A stretch of DNA of 64,000 nt from an uncultured Alphaproteobacteria bacterium. GTDB taxonomy: Bacteria; Pseudomonadota; Alphaproteobacteria; Rs-D84. Within the stretch, counting starts at the first letter, position 1, and every line of letters begins with the position of its first letter. The stretch covers positions 186,087-250,086 of the forward strand of contig CAMRSV010000001.1 in assembly GCA_947053455.1 (NCBI GenBank). Direction: 5' to 3'. Both the position numbers and the translations under genes were made by a program. Of the stretch, positions 43,525 through 53,519 are shown one piece after another. The notes beneath the pieces were generated by a model that did no database searches, was not told where the DNA came from, and saw nothing but the letters and a program-made list of their open reading frames with translations.

Positions 43525-44568
43525 TTATCCCTTTACCTGTTTCTTTAACCACGCGTAGTGGCGCATAAATTCCATCCCCGGACCGGCCGGATATCCCATG
43601 TGCGTTTCACCATCAGGTACGTTGCGGAAAACCCCGCTGTTGGCGCCGACCGATGCGTCGTTGCCGATTTTTACACCGTTCGCAAGTCCAACATGCCCGC
43701 CGAGCAACACTCGGTCGCCAATAACACATCCGCCCGCAATTCCGACGCCCGCCGCCAGAAAACATTCGTTGCCGACAACAACACCGTGCGCAATCTGACA
43801 TAGGTTGTCTATTTTTGTACCACTGCCGATTGTTGTATCCGTCATTGCACCGCGGTCAATGCATGTATTTGCCCCCACCGATACGCGGTCACCCAACACA
43901 ACACGACCAACGTGTGGAATAAATACGTTGTGTCCATCTTGGCGGGTATAGCCGAAGCCATCTTTGCCGATTACTGCGTTGGCATTGATAACACATTCTG
44001 CGCCAATGGTTGCGTTTTCAATATGCGCGCCGGTCTGTACGATTGTGCCGCGTCCAATTGTAACATTTTTTCCGATATATGCACCGGGGTAAATCTTTAC
44101 GTCGGGTTCAATAACCGCGCCGCGTTCAATTGTTGCATATTGTCCTACATAGACCGTCTTTTTATCGCGAAAGAACACGCCGCGCGCGACAGTTGCTTTT
44201 CCGCTTATGCCAAAACGCGGTGGTTCACGGTATATTTCACCCAATATTTTAACGATATTTCCGCGCGGACTGTCTGTTATCAGCAGTGTTGCGCCATTTG
44301 GGGCGTTTTTAACCTGTTCCGGTTGAATTAAAATTACAGTTGCGCGTGTGTTTTTTAATACCTCTATTGGCAGTATTTTAAAAGCCGCACTGTTTCGTTC
44401 GGTTGAATAAAATGCCAGTTGTCCAGGCTTTGCATCCGCAATCGGTGCAACGCCCTTGACAGGGGCATTTGCGTCACCGCGCAGTTCAAGTCCAAATTTT
44501 TCCGCCAATGCACCCGCCGTTGTGGCATTAGCGCGTGGCGTCATCAAAGATTGTATTATTTTTAACAT
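43525..44568 (-). CDS. lpxD: UDP-3-O-acyl-glucosamine N-acyltransferase
   Basis: Hexapeptide repeats, DGFGY, GANTCIDRG, KIDNLCQIAH; skp-lpxD-fabZ order. Confidence 0.95.
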   Translation of the reverse strand: MLKIIQSLMTPRANATTAGALAEKFGLELRGDANAPVKGVAPIADAKPGQLAFYSTERNSAAFKILPIEVLKNTRATVILIQPEQVKNAPNGATLLITDSPRGNIVKILGEIYREPPRFGISGKATVARGVFFRDKKTVYVGQYATIERGAVIEPDVKIYPGAYIGKNVTIGRGTIVQTGAHIENATIGAECVINANAVIGKDGFGYTRQDGHNVFIPHVGRVVLGDRVSVGANTCIDRGAMTDTTIGSGTKIDNLCQIAHGVVVGNECFLAAGVGIAGGCVIGDRVLLGGHVGLANGVKIGNDASVGANSGVFRNVPDGETHMGYPAGPGMEFMRHYAWLKKQVKG

Positions 44569-44635
44569 GTTCAAATTATATCTGAAAAAGTTCAAAGTTC
44601 AACGATAAAAAAAATCCCCCGTTTGGGGGATTAAT

Positions 44636-45298
44636 TTAGAAACCTTTCGGTTTTTCCATTTTTACAGTGGAAACTTTTTTATTAAGTGCACTTACCACTT
44701 CATTCGTTATGTCCAGATTCTGAACATTTTTACCCATACGTGCAAAGCGACCATCAATTACCAGTGACAGGTTTTTCTTTGCAATGACACCTTCAATAAT
44801 GGGATCTAGATGCTTTTCTTGAATTTCGTTCAGCGCCTTTTGGAAAGATACCTCGATGCTCTGTGCGCGTTCGGTCAGTTCGCGTTGCAACTGTGTTACG
44901 CGGTTTTGATAATCAACAACGCGGCGCTGCAATGCTTCGCGGGACAAAACATCTTGGGATTTTTCGATTTCCGCCTTTTCTTTTTCTAGCGCCTTTTGTT
45001 CCTTGGTCAGTTCATCGCGCAGTTTTGTTTCATATGCTTCTTTTTGTTTACGCAAATCCTGCAAGGCTTTTGCCTCTGTTTGAATTGCATCCATACGTAT
45101 CACTGCCATGCGCAGGTCGGCCCCGCTTGCCGCGTCGGCATTAACCTCGGTCAGGGATGATTCAACAGATGCCCCACTGCGTGAAGATTGCGATACCGCC
45201 CAAACGCCCAATGCAGCGATGATAACCACCACAGCCGCGATTATGCCACCACGTGCATATTTCTTTGCCGCCGGATTTACATTTTTTGTGTTTGCCAT
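44636..45298 (-). CDS. skp: OmpH/Skp periplasmic chaperone-like protein
   Basis: N-terminal TM, coiled coil, LVID...LDIT.EV motif; upstream of lpxD. Confidence 0.8.
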   Translation of the reverse strand: MANTKNVNPAAKKYARGGIIAAVVVIIAALGVWAVSQSSRSGASVESSLTEVNADAASGADLRMAVIRMDAIQTEAKALQDLRKQKEAYETKLRDELTKEQKALEKEKAEIEKSQDVLSREALQRRVVDYQNRVTQLQRELTERAQSIEVSFQKALNEIQEKHLDPIIEGVIAKKNLSLVIDGRFARMGKNVQNLDITNEVVSALNKKVSTVKMEKPKGF

Positions 45299-45379
45299 TA
45301 TTTCCATCCTTTCTTTGTTGTGTTATAATAAAACTATACCAATAAATTGTTTCCCGTCAAATGGAAAGTTCGCCAAAAT

Positions 45380-46063
45380 TTATCGTGCGGGTGCAATCCG
45401 TAATTCAACACGCCGATTGGTAAGGCGGCCAATGTCATCCTGGGCGGCGATGGGACGCGCGGCGCCACGCGCGGCGATAAACATGCGTGCGGGTGTAATC
45501 CCGTGCGTGGCAAAAAACACGGCAATGCGCTGTGCCATATCCAGCGAAAGTGCGCCCGCCGCCTTTTGGTCGCGCATAGCGTCCGTGTAGCCCGCGATTT
45601 CAATGAATGTTGCGTCGTATTTTTTTAATATTTTTGCAATTATGTCCAAAGTGTTTGCGCCGGTGGCGGAAACCTCGGCTACGTTAAGTTCCATTATTGC
45701 ATCGCGAACCAGTATAACGACGACGTCTGTTCCGGCGCGCTGAACTGAAATGCCCGGTTTGCGCAACCCATCATAAAGCGCGTATTCCAAATTCGCCATG
45801 TACTTTAATGTAACTGCGTTATCGTTGGCAATCTTGTCCCCGTATTCGGTGGCAGCGTTCGTGTTCGCAATGTTTGTAACAATTTTTCCACCCGCCCCGA
45901 GATAAACCGGCCGCTTTGCAACGCGTGCCATTTCTGTCATGTCTGTAAAACTGGCCCCGGCTAGATGTTGCGGCCATGTTTGACGCGGCGGTGTACGGTA
46001 TTGCGTGCATGCCGAAACGGCTGCAATCAAAAGAACCCGACAAGATAAATTAAACCAGCGCAT
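45380..46063 (-). CDS. OmpA-family lipoprotein (divergent)
   Basis: Lipobox VSAC, AGYTD..., RG...PIA, NRRVEL. Confidence 0.8.
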   Translation of the reverse strand: MRWFNLSCRVLLIAAVSACTQYRTPPRQTWPQHLAGASFTDMTEMARVAKRPVYLGAGGKIVTNIANTNAATEYGDKIANDNAVTLKYMANLEYALYDGLRKPGISVQRAGTDVVVILVRDAIMELNVAEVSATGANTLDIIAKILKKYDATFIEIAGYTDAMRDQKAAGALSLDMAQRIAVFFATHGITPARMFIAARGAARPIAAQDDIGRLTNRRVELRIAPAR

Positions 46064-46528
46064 TTATTTTACGATAAATGAAATCTCGTTTGTTTTTGTT
46101 TCAAAGCAATGTGATGCGGCCTCGTTCTCAAAACCGTTCACGCGCAGTGATGATACCCATTTTGGCACGGCCGTCGTGAAATATGCGCAGTCACTCTCGC
46201 TTAAGCCGACAAGTGTTATTTCAAATGATTTGCCGTCAACCGCAGATATTATCGACCATGCGTTTGTACCCAATGGTGCCGCGCCATTTTGTACCGCGTC
46301 TGACCCGGACTTTATCAGATAGTCAATCGACACGCCGTCATAAGAACCGCCTGTCTCCATCAGCATTTTTACGTCATTTGCGATTTCTTCAAGACGCGAA
46401 GATGCAATTTGACGACGCGTTGTATTTTTTACCGTTTCATACATCTTGTATGCGCCCAATATCATCATGCCCGATATTGCAAGGACACCGACCACTTCTA
46501 TTAAAGAACGCCCGCATTCTGATTTCAT
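46064..46528 (-). CDS. Type IV (IVb/PilS-like) prepilin
   Basis: G|RSLIEVVGVLAI class III signal peptide with E at +5; C-terminal Cys pair; F.I...GLS..DC pattern. Confidence 0.75.
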   Translation of the reverse strand: MKSECGRSLIEVVGVLAISGMMILGAYKMYETVKNTTRRQIASSRLEEIANDVKMLMETGGSYDGVSIDYLIKSGSDAVQNGAAPLGTNAWSIISAVDGKSFEITLVGLSESDCAYFTTAVPKWVSSLRVNGFENEAASHCFETKTNEISFIVK

Positions 46529-46543
46529 TTTTTGCCCCGTATT

Positions 46544-48118
46544 TTATTTTCCGACACTTATAATTTGTGCATCTTCAAACAGACTCATCGCGCTGGACAC
46601 CATCGGGTCGGCCTCTAACTCGGCACGGTTTTGTTCGGTGATTGTTTGGGTGTTTTCCGATTTTTCTGCGCGCACTAGATGCCATGCGTGGCCTGTTTTT
46701 TCCAACAACCATTTAGCCAGTTTTGATGCAAAATCCGCATCGTTTGCACGATCGAAATATTTTATTTCGCCGTCTGAAAATTCCACAATCTCTATATTGC
46801 TGCTGTAATAGGAATAGAGCAGGATTTCCTTTGCCGCCTGCAGTTTCGCGGCAAGTTCCGCGCCAGATGAAATCGTAACTGTTTCAGGTGTGCCCTTTGC
46901 CGATTCCGGATTTTTTGTATTCTCGCATGTGTCCGGTGTTTCGCGTGGTGTGGTTGTACGCGGTGCGGCTGTTGCGCCTTCGCGGCGTAATATTTCAGGC
47001 ACCGACGGCAAATCCGCAATGTGCATCAATCGCACAACCAACATGTCAAAGCATTGCTTTTGATTCCCGGTTGCCTGCATTTCAGGTACGGCCGCAACCA
47101 TAACCTGCCATATTCGCGACAGTGTATTAAGCGTTACATGGGAATTGATTTCGCGAATCTTATCGCGTTGATCTGCGGTGTACGGCGACGCATCGGCGTC
47201 GCCGGCCCGCAACGCCGGATGCATACGTGTCGCCCAGTGTGTCCATTCCATCATATCGGTAAGCAACATTGCCAAATCCGCGCCGTTGTTATAAATTTGA
47301 TCAACTTTGTTCAGCGCCGCCGCCGCGTCGCCGGACAGCAGCGTTTTCATCAGGTCGACAACCACGCCACGATCCGCGCGTTTTAGCATGTCAAGCACAG
47401 CGTTTTCATCAACCTTGCCGCCTGTTTGTGCGATTGCCTGATCCAACAATGACAATCCGTCACGAACCGAGCCATCCGCCGCCCGTGCCAGTAATTCGTT
47501 CGCCGCATCCGACAGTTCTATTTTTTCTTGTTCCGCAATCCATTTGAAATGTTTTTTTAATGTTTCAACTGGAACACGAACTAGGTCGAAACGCTGGCAT
47601 CTGGACAGAATGGTTACCGGAACCTTTCTTATTTCTGTTGTCGCCAGAATGAATATTACGTGGGCTGGTGGTTCCTCTAATGTTTTTAGCAGGGCGTTGA
47701 ATGCACTGGTCGATAACATGTGGACTTCGTCGATTATATAAACCTTGTACCGGCCATTTGTCGGGCGGTACTGCGCCGCGTCAAGAATATCGCGCATATT
47801 GTCAACGCCCGTGTGGGACGCGGCGTCGATTTCCATTACGTCAATATGTTGGCCACTGGCGATTGCGCGACAATTTTCGCATACGCCGCACGGTGTGGCC
47901 GTTGCCCGGTCGCCCGACAGGCAGTTTAACGCCTTGGCCAGGATTCGCGCAGTACTGGTTTTTCCGGTGCCGCGAATGCCGGTAAATATATATGCGTGTG
48001 CAATGCGCGATGTGTTTATCGCAGTCGTCAGGGTTTTGACCAGAACATCCTGGCCGATAAGGGATTGAAAATCTTGGCTGCGGTATTTTCGGGCCAAAAC
48101 AGTGTAATTGCTATCCAT
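46544..48118 (-). CDS. dnaX: DNA polymerase III subunit gamma/tau
   Basis: LARKYR, GIRGTGKT, C..C zinc site, IIDEVHMLS, KTLEEPP, SRC. Confidence 0.97.
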   Translation of the reverse strand: MDSNYTVLARKYRSQDFQSLIGQDVLVKTLTTAINTSRIAHAYIFTGIRGTGKTSTARILAKALNCLSGDRATATPCGVCENCRAIASGQHIDVMEIDAASHTGVDNMRDILDAAQYRPTNGRYKVYIIDEVHMLSTSAFNALLKTLEEPPAHVIFILATTEIRKVPVTILSRCQRFDLVRVPVETLKKHFKWIAEQEKIELSDAANELLARAADGSVRDGLSLLDQAIAQTGGKVDENAVLDMLKRADRGVVVDLMKTLLSGDAAAALNKVDQIYNNGADLAMLLTDMMEWTHWATRMHPALRAGDADASPYTADQRDKIREINSHVTLNTLSRIWQVMVAAVPEMQATGNQKQCFDMLVVRLMHIADLPSVPEILRREGATAAPRTTTPRETPDTCENTKNPESAKGTPETVTISSGAELAAKLQAAKEILLYSYYSSNIEIVEFSDGEIKYFDRANDADFASKLAKWLLEKTGHAWHLVRAEKSENTQTITEQNRAELEADPMVSSAMSLFEDAQIISVGK

Positions 48119-48197
48119 GCTTGAAACTTCCTTTGCCCACAGGATAGCAAACCCCTGTTAAATTTCAACAATTAAAAAGATTAAATCTGGCGATGTT

Positions 48198-48485
48198 TTA
48201 TTTCAGGTTTTCAACGAATTCCGGGAACGGTTCTTCTTCGTCTGCGGCATCAACCGGTTGTTCTGCGATTGGTGTTTTGTCGGCCGGCGTGCGTGTCGAA
48301 TCAATCTTTCCCTGTTCGCTGCTGACCATGCGGCCATAATGTTCGGCCGACTGCAGCAGGCGTTCGCGGTCAATTTCATCCGCGGTTTGACGTGCCTGGT
48401 CAATAAGTTGTTTGCGTTTTTGGCGCCATTTGTGACACCGCTGAATCATCATCCCGACAGAGGATTGGTTTTTTTTGTTTTGCAT
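48198..48485 (-). CDS. DUF4167-like small protein
   Basis: AR...D...E..LQSAEHY.R resembles the alphaproteobacterial DUF4167 QHAEHY motif; acidic PEF tail. Confidence 0.6.
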   Translation of the reverse strand: MQNKKNQSSVGMMIQRCHKWRQKRKQLIDQARQTADEIDRERLLQSAEHYGRMVSSEQGKIDSTRTPADKTPIAEQPVDAADEEEPFPEFVENLK

Positions 48486-48632
48486 GTTTTTTCTTTGTTA
48501 ACAGGAAATATATTTAATGCCGGATTATACCGCCATCGTTTCTTTAACAGTCGCAATAATAGTTTATCGGAAAACCAATTGCAATATTTTTTTTCAATTG
48601 CTATTCTACAAATATGTAGGAGGGAAGCCATA

Positions 48633-49991
48633 TTGCATTATTCGCGTGGGAATTTTTTATTGCAGGCGCTGCTGGCATTGTCGGTGGTGTTTGCAATTGT
48701 GCCGTTTCTGACGATGCGAATGACCAACAGTGCATCCGATGCAAAAATGTTTTCCGCCACGCAACAGGCGAATGTGGCAGCCACAGCCGCACGAATTTTT
48801 ATCCGTGAAAACGCAAAAAATATTCCGTACGATACCGTTGTTGTTGCAGGTGACGAGTTTGGTGATTTGTTGGAACCTTATGGATTGCCATTGGGGTTTG
48901 TACCGCGGACAAGTCTGGGACAGAATATCGCGCTTGTCATCGAAAACGACAATGGCGAAATTTCTGCACATTTGGAATTGACGGGTGGGAATTTAAGTCG
49001 GCTTGCGAGAGCCGAACTGGCGCGGCGCATTGGTTTTTATGCGGTGCCGACGGCAGATGGCGTTAATGTTGGAATTGCGCTGGAGAATATGTATTCAGAT
49101 ATTGTGCGTCGTAATGAACCAGATGTCGACAATAACGAATTTTTAACCAATTTGGACATGGGGGGATTTGTGTTTGAGGACGCCGGCCGTGTTTTTGCCG
49201 CCCGCGGTGATTTTGAAACGGGCGTGTTTGACACATTAGCGGTGACCGGCGTAGAAAACGGCCGAAAAATAAGAAATACAATTAATCGGATGGCCGCAAC
49301 AAAAACAGTTTTCCAAAGTAAAACCGGCGAGGCTGCACTATCTTTGACGCGTGGCACCCTAAATGCAGCCACAGTCGGGGCACGTACGGTTTCAAAATTT
49401 GGCGATACGGGCAATTTTACCGGGCGGGTGGCATCGGTCTATGATTTTTCAATGACGGCCGGGCGTACCAGTTTTTCCGGACCAAAAGATTGGAAAGTGC
49501 GCGGAAATATGATTGCGGACAAAATAAACTTTTCCGTCGATAGAATAGATATATCATCATCTATAAATGCTGCCCGTGGCCAGGATGTTTACATATACAC
49601 CGACGAATTGGAATACAGCGCCCGCAGCGGTATAGAGGCGTCTTATTTGGCGGTGTCAAATATCACGTTGCGCGACCAGACGTCAGATGCGTTGCTGCGC
49701 GGGGAAGATGGTGCGGTCGTGATTGACATACGTCCGGCCGATGTGTCTGTTTTGCCGGATGTTTTGCTCGATTCCATAGACAATGGTTCTTTTAAAATTA
49801 TTTCGCGCCCATCGGCCGATGATGGTAAAACCGTTGACTGTAAAAGTATTATTTCCGCAATTGGCGGTGTGGTATATAATCAAAAATCGCTGGCGCAGAA
49901 TATAATATGCCAGTATGTATTTTGGCAGCGTTTGGAACAAAGAATAGATATTAAACAATGCTTGATGGCCGGCGGGACAAATTGTGACTAG
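48633..49991 (+). CDS. PilV-like (shufflon N-domain) minor pilin/adhesin 1
   Basis: Probable TTG start after AGGAGG; RG|NFLLQALLAL prepilin-like helix; AARIFI..N, L..YGLP.GF, LARRIG, NEFLTNLDMGG. Confidence 0.7.
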   Translation: MHYSRGNFLLQALLALSVVFAIVPFLTMRMTNSASDAKMFSATQQANVAATAARIFIRENAKNIPYDTVVVAGDEFGDLLEPYGLPLGFVPRTSLGQNIALVIENDNGEISAHLELTGGNLSRLARAELARRIGFYAVPTADGVNVGIALENMYSDIVRRNEPDVDNNEFLTNLDMGGFVFEDAGRVFAARGDFETGVFDTLAVTGVENGRKIRNTINRMAATKTVFQSKTGEAALSLTRGTLNAATVGARTVSKFGDTGNFTGRVASVYDFSMTAGRTSFSGPKDWKVRGNMIADKINFSVDRIDISSSINAARGQDVYIYTDELEYSARSGIEASYLAVSNITLRDQTSDALLRGEDGAVVIDIRPADVSVLPDVLLDSIDNGSFKIISRPSADDGKTVDCKSIISAIGGVVYNQKSLAQNIICQYVFWQRLEQRIDIKQCLMAGGTNCD

Positions 49992-51189
49992 AACGACGAT
50001 TTTTTTCAATGAAACACTTGGCGCCAGCATGCTGGAGGTGATTCTTGCGCTGGCGATTGTGGCTGTGGCATCACCCTTTGTATACAATAAAATAATACAG
50101 ACGAACCATGATATTGAAAACATGGTGCGTGCCCGTGATATTGCCGCGTTGCGCAGTCCTGTCTTGAATTTTGTTCGTATAAACCAGGACAAGTGGCCCG
50201 AAACAGCCCAGATTAAACTGTCGGATGCGGAATTGGATGAAATATCTGACACTGCCACGGCGGCGTTTGTTGACAAGTATTCTGTCCGTGGGGCGGCCGT
50301 GGCGGATGTTTATATTTCGTTTGATGCGGAAAATCCGGTTCGTGCAAACCGTATTGTGCGCTATATCGGTGCTGATGCGGCTGTTGTTGGTGACGACGGC
50401 GTGGCGTATTCCGACACGTGGGCGGTGGCGGCTCCTGATTTTAAGACTGGAAACATTATATACAGAATATCGCGTGCGACTGCGGATGACGACAAGACAA
50501 AATATTTGCATCGCGCATCGTCTGGCGATGACGGCCTTAACATCATGATGCGTGATTTGCGAATGGGTGGATATAATGTATTGAATGTTGGACGGGTTGT
50601 GGCGTCATCCGCCAAGGTGGGCGATGTGTCAACGTATTTTGTGGCCTCTGATGATGTTATGGCGAACAATGCCTATTTTTCAAATGGCGCAAATATGGAT
50701 GGTTCAAATGTTTCGGTCGGCGAAATGCAGGTTTCGGGTGATATAACCGGCTTTAGAAATATTTATGCAGACAATTTGAACGGTGGCGCATTTACAACAC
50801 GGGGGCGTGTTATTGCAGATCGTGCAACAGTGACAAATTCAGTTAACGTTGGCGGAAATTTTTCTTTGAAATCAAGCACTACGCGTACAATTAGCGGTTT
50901 TACCACCATAGAGGCGCATTCGGTTGCGACGCCATATATTTCAGTGGAAGAAATGACTTTTATTGAAAAGGTGGGACTTACCGTGTCTGGGGAATTGATG
51001 GTATCGACAACGCCGCCATTAAAGATAGGCAGCTGGGTCTTTCCGTCAACCAGCGCGCCGCGCTTTGCTGATTTTTCATTATCACGCGCCGAGATTCCAG
51101 ATACGCCCACCACAGACGAGTTTGATATATTGTTTCACGCCGGATGGCGTGCATATAATCCAGATAATCTAGAGGGGACGCAACTATGA
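49984..51189 (+). CDS. PilV-like minor pilin/adhesin 2
   Basis: G|ASMLEVILALAI; YLHR....LNIM..DL.MGGYNV.NVG resembles the PilV YLYR...LN.M...DMG..NL.NV motif. Confidence 0.75.
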   Translation: MTRTTIFFNETLGASMLEVILALAIVAVASPFVYNKIIQTNHDIENMVRARDIAALRSPVLNFVRINQDKWPETAQIKLSDAELDEISDTATAAFVDKYSVRGAAVADVYISFDAENPVRANRIVRYIGADAAVVGDDGVAYSDTWAVAAPDFKTGNIIYRISRATADDDKTKYLHRASSGDDGLNIMMRDLRMGGYNVLNVGRVVASSAKVGDVSTYFVASDDVMANNAYFSNGANMDGSNVSVGEMQVSGDITGFRNIYADNLNGGAFTTRGRVIADRATVTNSVNVGGNFSLKSSTTRTISGFTTIEAHSVATPYISVEEMTFIEKVGLTVSGELMVSTTPPLKIGSWVFPSTSAPRFADFSLSRAEIPDTPTTDEFDILFHAGWRAYNPDNLEGTQL

Positions 51190-52508
51190 AAAAAGCGCGC
51201 ACCATGTTTTCCATGACAGGTTGCAAAACCTCGCAACGTGGCAGTATGTTGGTTGAAATGCTGCTGTCGGTGGCGTTGGCGGCAATAATTATTCCATTTG
51301 TTTTCAGGTATCAGCATAACGTAATTGCCCGCGCAAAAAATATTGAGGTCGCACAGCGAATGGAAACGGTTCAAACTGCGCTGGAACGGTATATTGTCGA
51401 AAATCGTGCCTCTTTGCTAAATACAGTTGGGCGTAATATAACGCGTGTTCAGCTTGCCGATTTGGTGCCCTATGGTCTGCCGGAAGATATATTGAATTCA
51501 TCGGCCGAATATCAATTGCGTATTTTGAAATCAAATGATGTTGGCACTCAGTCAACCCTACAGGGGGTGGTTGTAATGTCCGATGCCAATATCACGCCGC
51601 TGCGCACGCGTGAAATTGTAATGATGGGCGGAAATAATATGGGATTTATTGAGGGGCGGCATGCATATGGTGCATTTGGCGCATGGCGTTCAGATACGGT
51701 TGACCTGGGACTCGGCGGCGCCCAGGGCATTGTGGGTTCAACCGGTGTTAATCGCGATAACGCGCTGTATTTATGGCGTGTACCGTCAAATGACGCGGAC
51801 GATGCGACAATGATGTCGGCGTTAAATCTGGGTGGCCATGATATAGAAAACGCCAGTTTCTTTGATGTTTCCAATGTTAATTTTAGCGAAAATATGCATT
51901 CGGGGACACTTGTTGCGTCCAATATTATTTTTCAAAATCGCACGACAATAGACACCACGTTTGAAACAAAATCGGCGCGCGTGGCGGGTGCATTGTCGGC
52001 TGATTCGCGCACAATGGAAATTTCAGGGGCGCTAAAGTTGGATGATTTGGGAAAGTTTTCTAGTTTTTCGGTCGAAGATTTGTGGGTCGGCAATCTATCT
52101 CTTTCGGGGCTGACGGTAAACAGTGATGAAGATGTCGCGAACTTGAAAATAAATCAGACCTTGGATATGACCGGGGGGCGGATAAGCGCGCTGTACGCAA
52201 CCGTTGGTTTTTCCGGTTCGATAACACCGCGTCTGGTTGTAACTAACCTTATTGAAGATTCAATTAACCCGGAATATTTTTGGGATGCAGACTGGCGCGC
52301 GGCACATTTTTTTGATGTGTCTTTTCCGAATCTGAACGATATGGCGACCCGCGCCGTAGCCCGCGAAGGTGATAAATCCACCGCATCATCGCAGTTGTTC
52401 GGTGCGGTTGTTGCAAACAAAAATGCAACCGCGGCGGATTTTATGAACGCATTGTTAGAAATTGAATCACGCGTTCGTGCGAAATATCGCCTGTTGAATT
52501 TGGAATAA
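51186..52508 (+). CDS. PilV-like minor pilin/adhesin 3
   Basis: RG|SMLVEMLL; ALERYI..N, L.PYGLP, GFI..AYGAFGAW, YLWR...M.SALNLGGHDI.NA. Confidence 0.8.
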   Translation: MKKARTMFSMTGCKTSQRGSMLVEMLLSVALAAIIIPFVFRYQHNVIARAKNIEVAQRMETVQTALERYIVENRASLLNTVGRNITRVQLADLVPYGLPEDILNSSAEYQLRILKSNDVGTQSTLQGVVVMSDANITPLRTREIVMMGGNNMGFIEGRHAYGAFGAWRSDTVDLGLGGAQGIVGSTGVNRDNALYLWRVPSNDADDATMMSALNLGGHDIENASFFDVSNVNFSENMHSGTLVASNIIFQNRTTIDTTFETKSARVAGALSADSRTMEISGALKLDDLGKFSSFSVEDLWVGNLSLSGLTVNSDEDVANLKINQTLDMTGGRISALYATVGFSGSITPRLVVTNLIEDSINPEYFWDADWRAAHFFDVSFPNLNDMATRAVAREGDKSTASSQLFGAVVANKNATAADFMNALLEIESRVRAKYRLLNLE

Positions 52509-52528
52509 TTTGTGGTATAAGTGAAGAT

Positions 52529-53044
52529 ATGAAAATAAAATGTGACTTTTGCAAGACGGAATATGCGCTGGATAAAGTTCAGGGGGGCGCCGTCAAATGC
52601 GCGGTTTGTGGCCATGTGTGGAACGTAACGGTGCCCGCACGGCGTAATGCGTTTTTGACATTTGTTGCGGCGTTGTGCGCGCTGCTATCGGCGATTGTAT
52701 TTGCGGTCGCGGTGGTCGCGTCGCATCATTCGGATGCGCGGGATGTGCGGCCGTTGGTGGCACGTGTTTCACAAATTCGCACAACGACAGATGACGCGGG
52801 GGTTGCCCACCTGACGGTTGACGGCGCGATTGTTAACCAGTCTGATGATATATATGGCGTCCCGGATTTGATAATTGTTTCACGGGACAAGAACGGAAAT
52901 GAAATCGCGCGACAAAAATTTATGCCGTCGGCAACGCTGCTGTCGCCGGGGGCGGTGGCGCCGTTTTCCCATACACTTGCGGCGCCTGCTGTGGGTGTTC
53001 ACCGGGTGACGATTGAAATGCCGGACATAGGGGGGATGATATGA
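52529..53044 (+). CDS. MJ0042-type zinc-ribbon membrane protein (DUF3426-like)
   Basis: CDFC..Y...VKCAVCGHVW, TM helix, V.G.I.N...VP.L...D..G. Confidence 0.8.
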   Translation: MKIKCDFCKTEYALDKVQGGAVKCAVCGHVWNVTVPARRNAFLTFVAALCALLSAIVFAVAVVASHHSDARDVRPLVARVSQIRTTTDDAGVAHLTVDGAIVNQSDDIYGVPDLIIVSRDKNGNEIARQKFMPSATLLSPGAVAPFSHTLAAPAVGVHRVTIEMPDIGGMI

Positions 53045-53505
53045 AGCGCTTTGGCCTGTTATTGTTTTATGTGTTTTTCTGCGCTGCCCACGCCGCAGAT
53101 GAGAAGCCCGTTGTCCGCCGTGTCAGTATTTTTTCCACCAGCACCGACTGGGAGGCTGTGACAGGTCTGCAATTGTCGGAATACAAGGGAAAATTTATAA
53201 CAGATTCAAAACTGGTTGGTAATAAGGGACTAGTTTTATATTATCTGGACGGGTTTCCGTGCTATGGCCTGGGCGAGGGGGTGCGTGTCTGGATTGACCC
53301 AAAGGGTCGTGCCGACAATGATTTAAGGATAGTATGTCTGCGTCCGCCAAAGGAGATAAATTTTGCATGGCGCAATATGGCAAACGATGGTGTGCAACGG
53401 GCGACGACGGGGCTTTTGCGGTGTCCAGTATCAGACGATGGTCGTGATTTAACAATTGATTTGAAAAAATGTGCCAAGGGTCCTGATTGGCCGGAATATG
53501 AATAG
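53041..53505 (+). CDS. Hypothetical secreted protein
   Basis: Signal peptide AAHA|A; 4 Cys in the mature part; translationally coupled. Confidence 0.65.
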   Translation: MKRFGLLLFYVFFCAAHAADEKPVVRRVSIFSTSTDWEAVTGLQLSEYKGKFITDSKLVGNKGLVLYYLDGFPCYGLGEGVRVWIDPKGRADNDLRIVCLRPPKEINFAWRNMANDGVQRATTGLLRCPVSDDGRDLTIDLKKCAKGPDWPEYE

Positions 53506-53519
53506 ATGGGATTTTTAAA

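Noticed and set aside
48258-48632. N-terminal 125 aa of the 577-aa ORF
   Set aside because: Overlaps the divergent DUF4167-like gene and promoter region; RBS plus prepilin motif support TTG at 48633.
48633-53505. Active shufflon
   Set aside because: No tyrosine recombinase, no inverted partial ORFs and no repeated sfx-like sites were seen.
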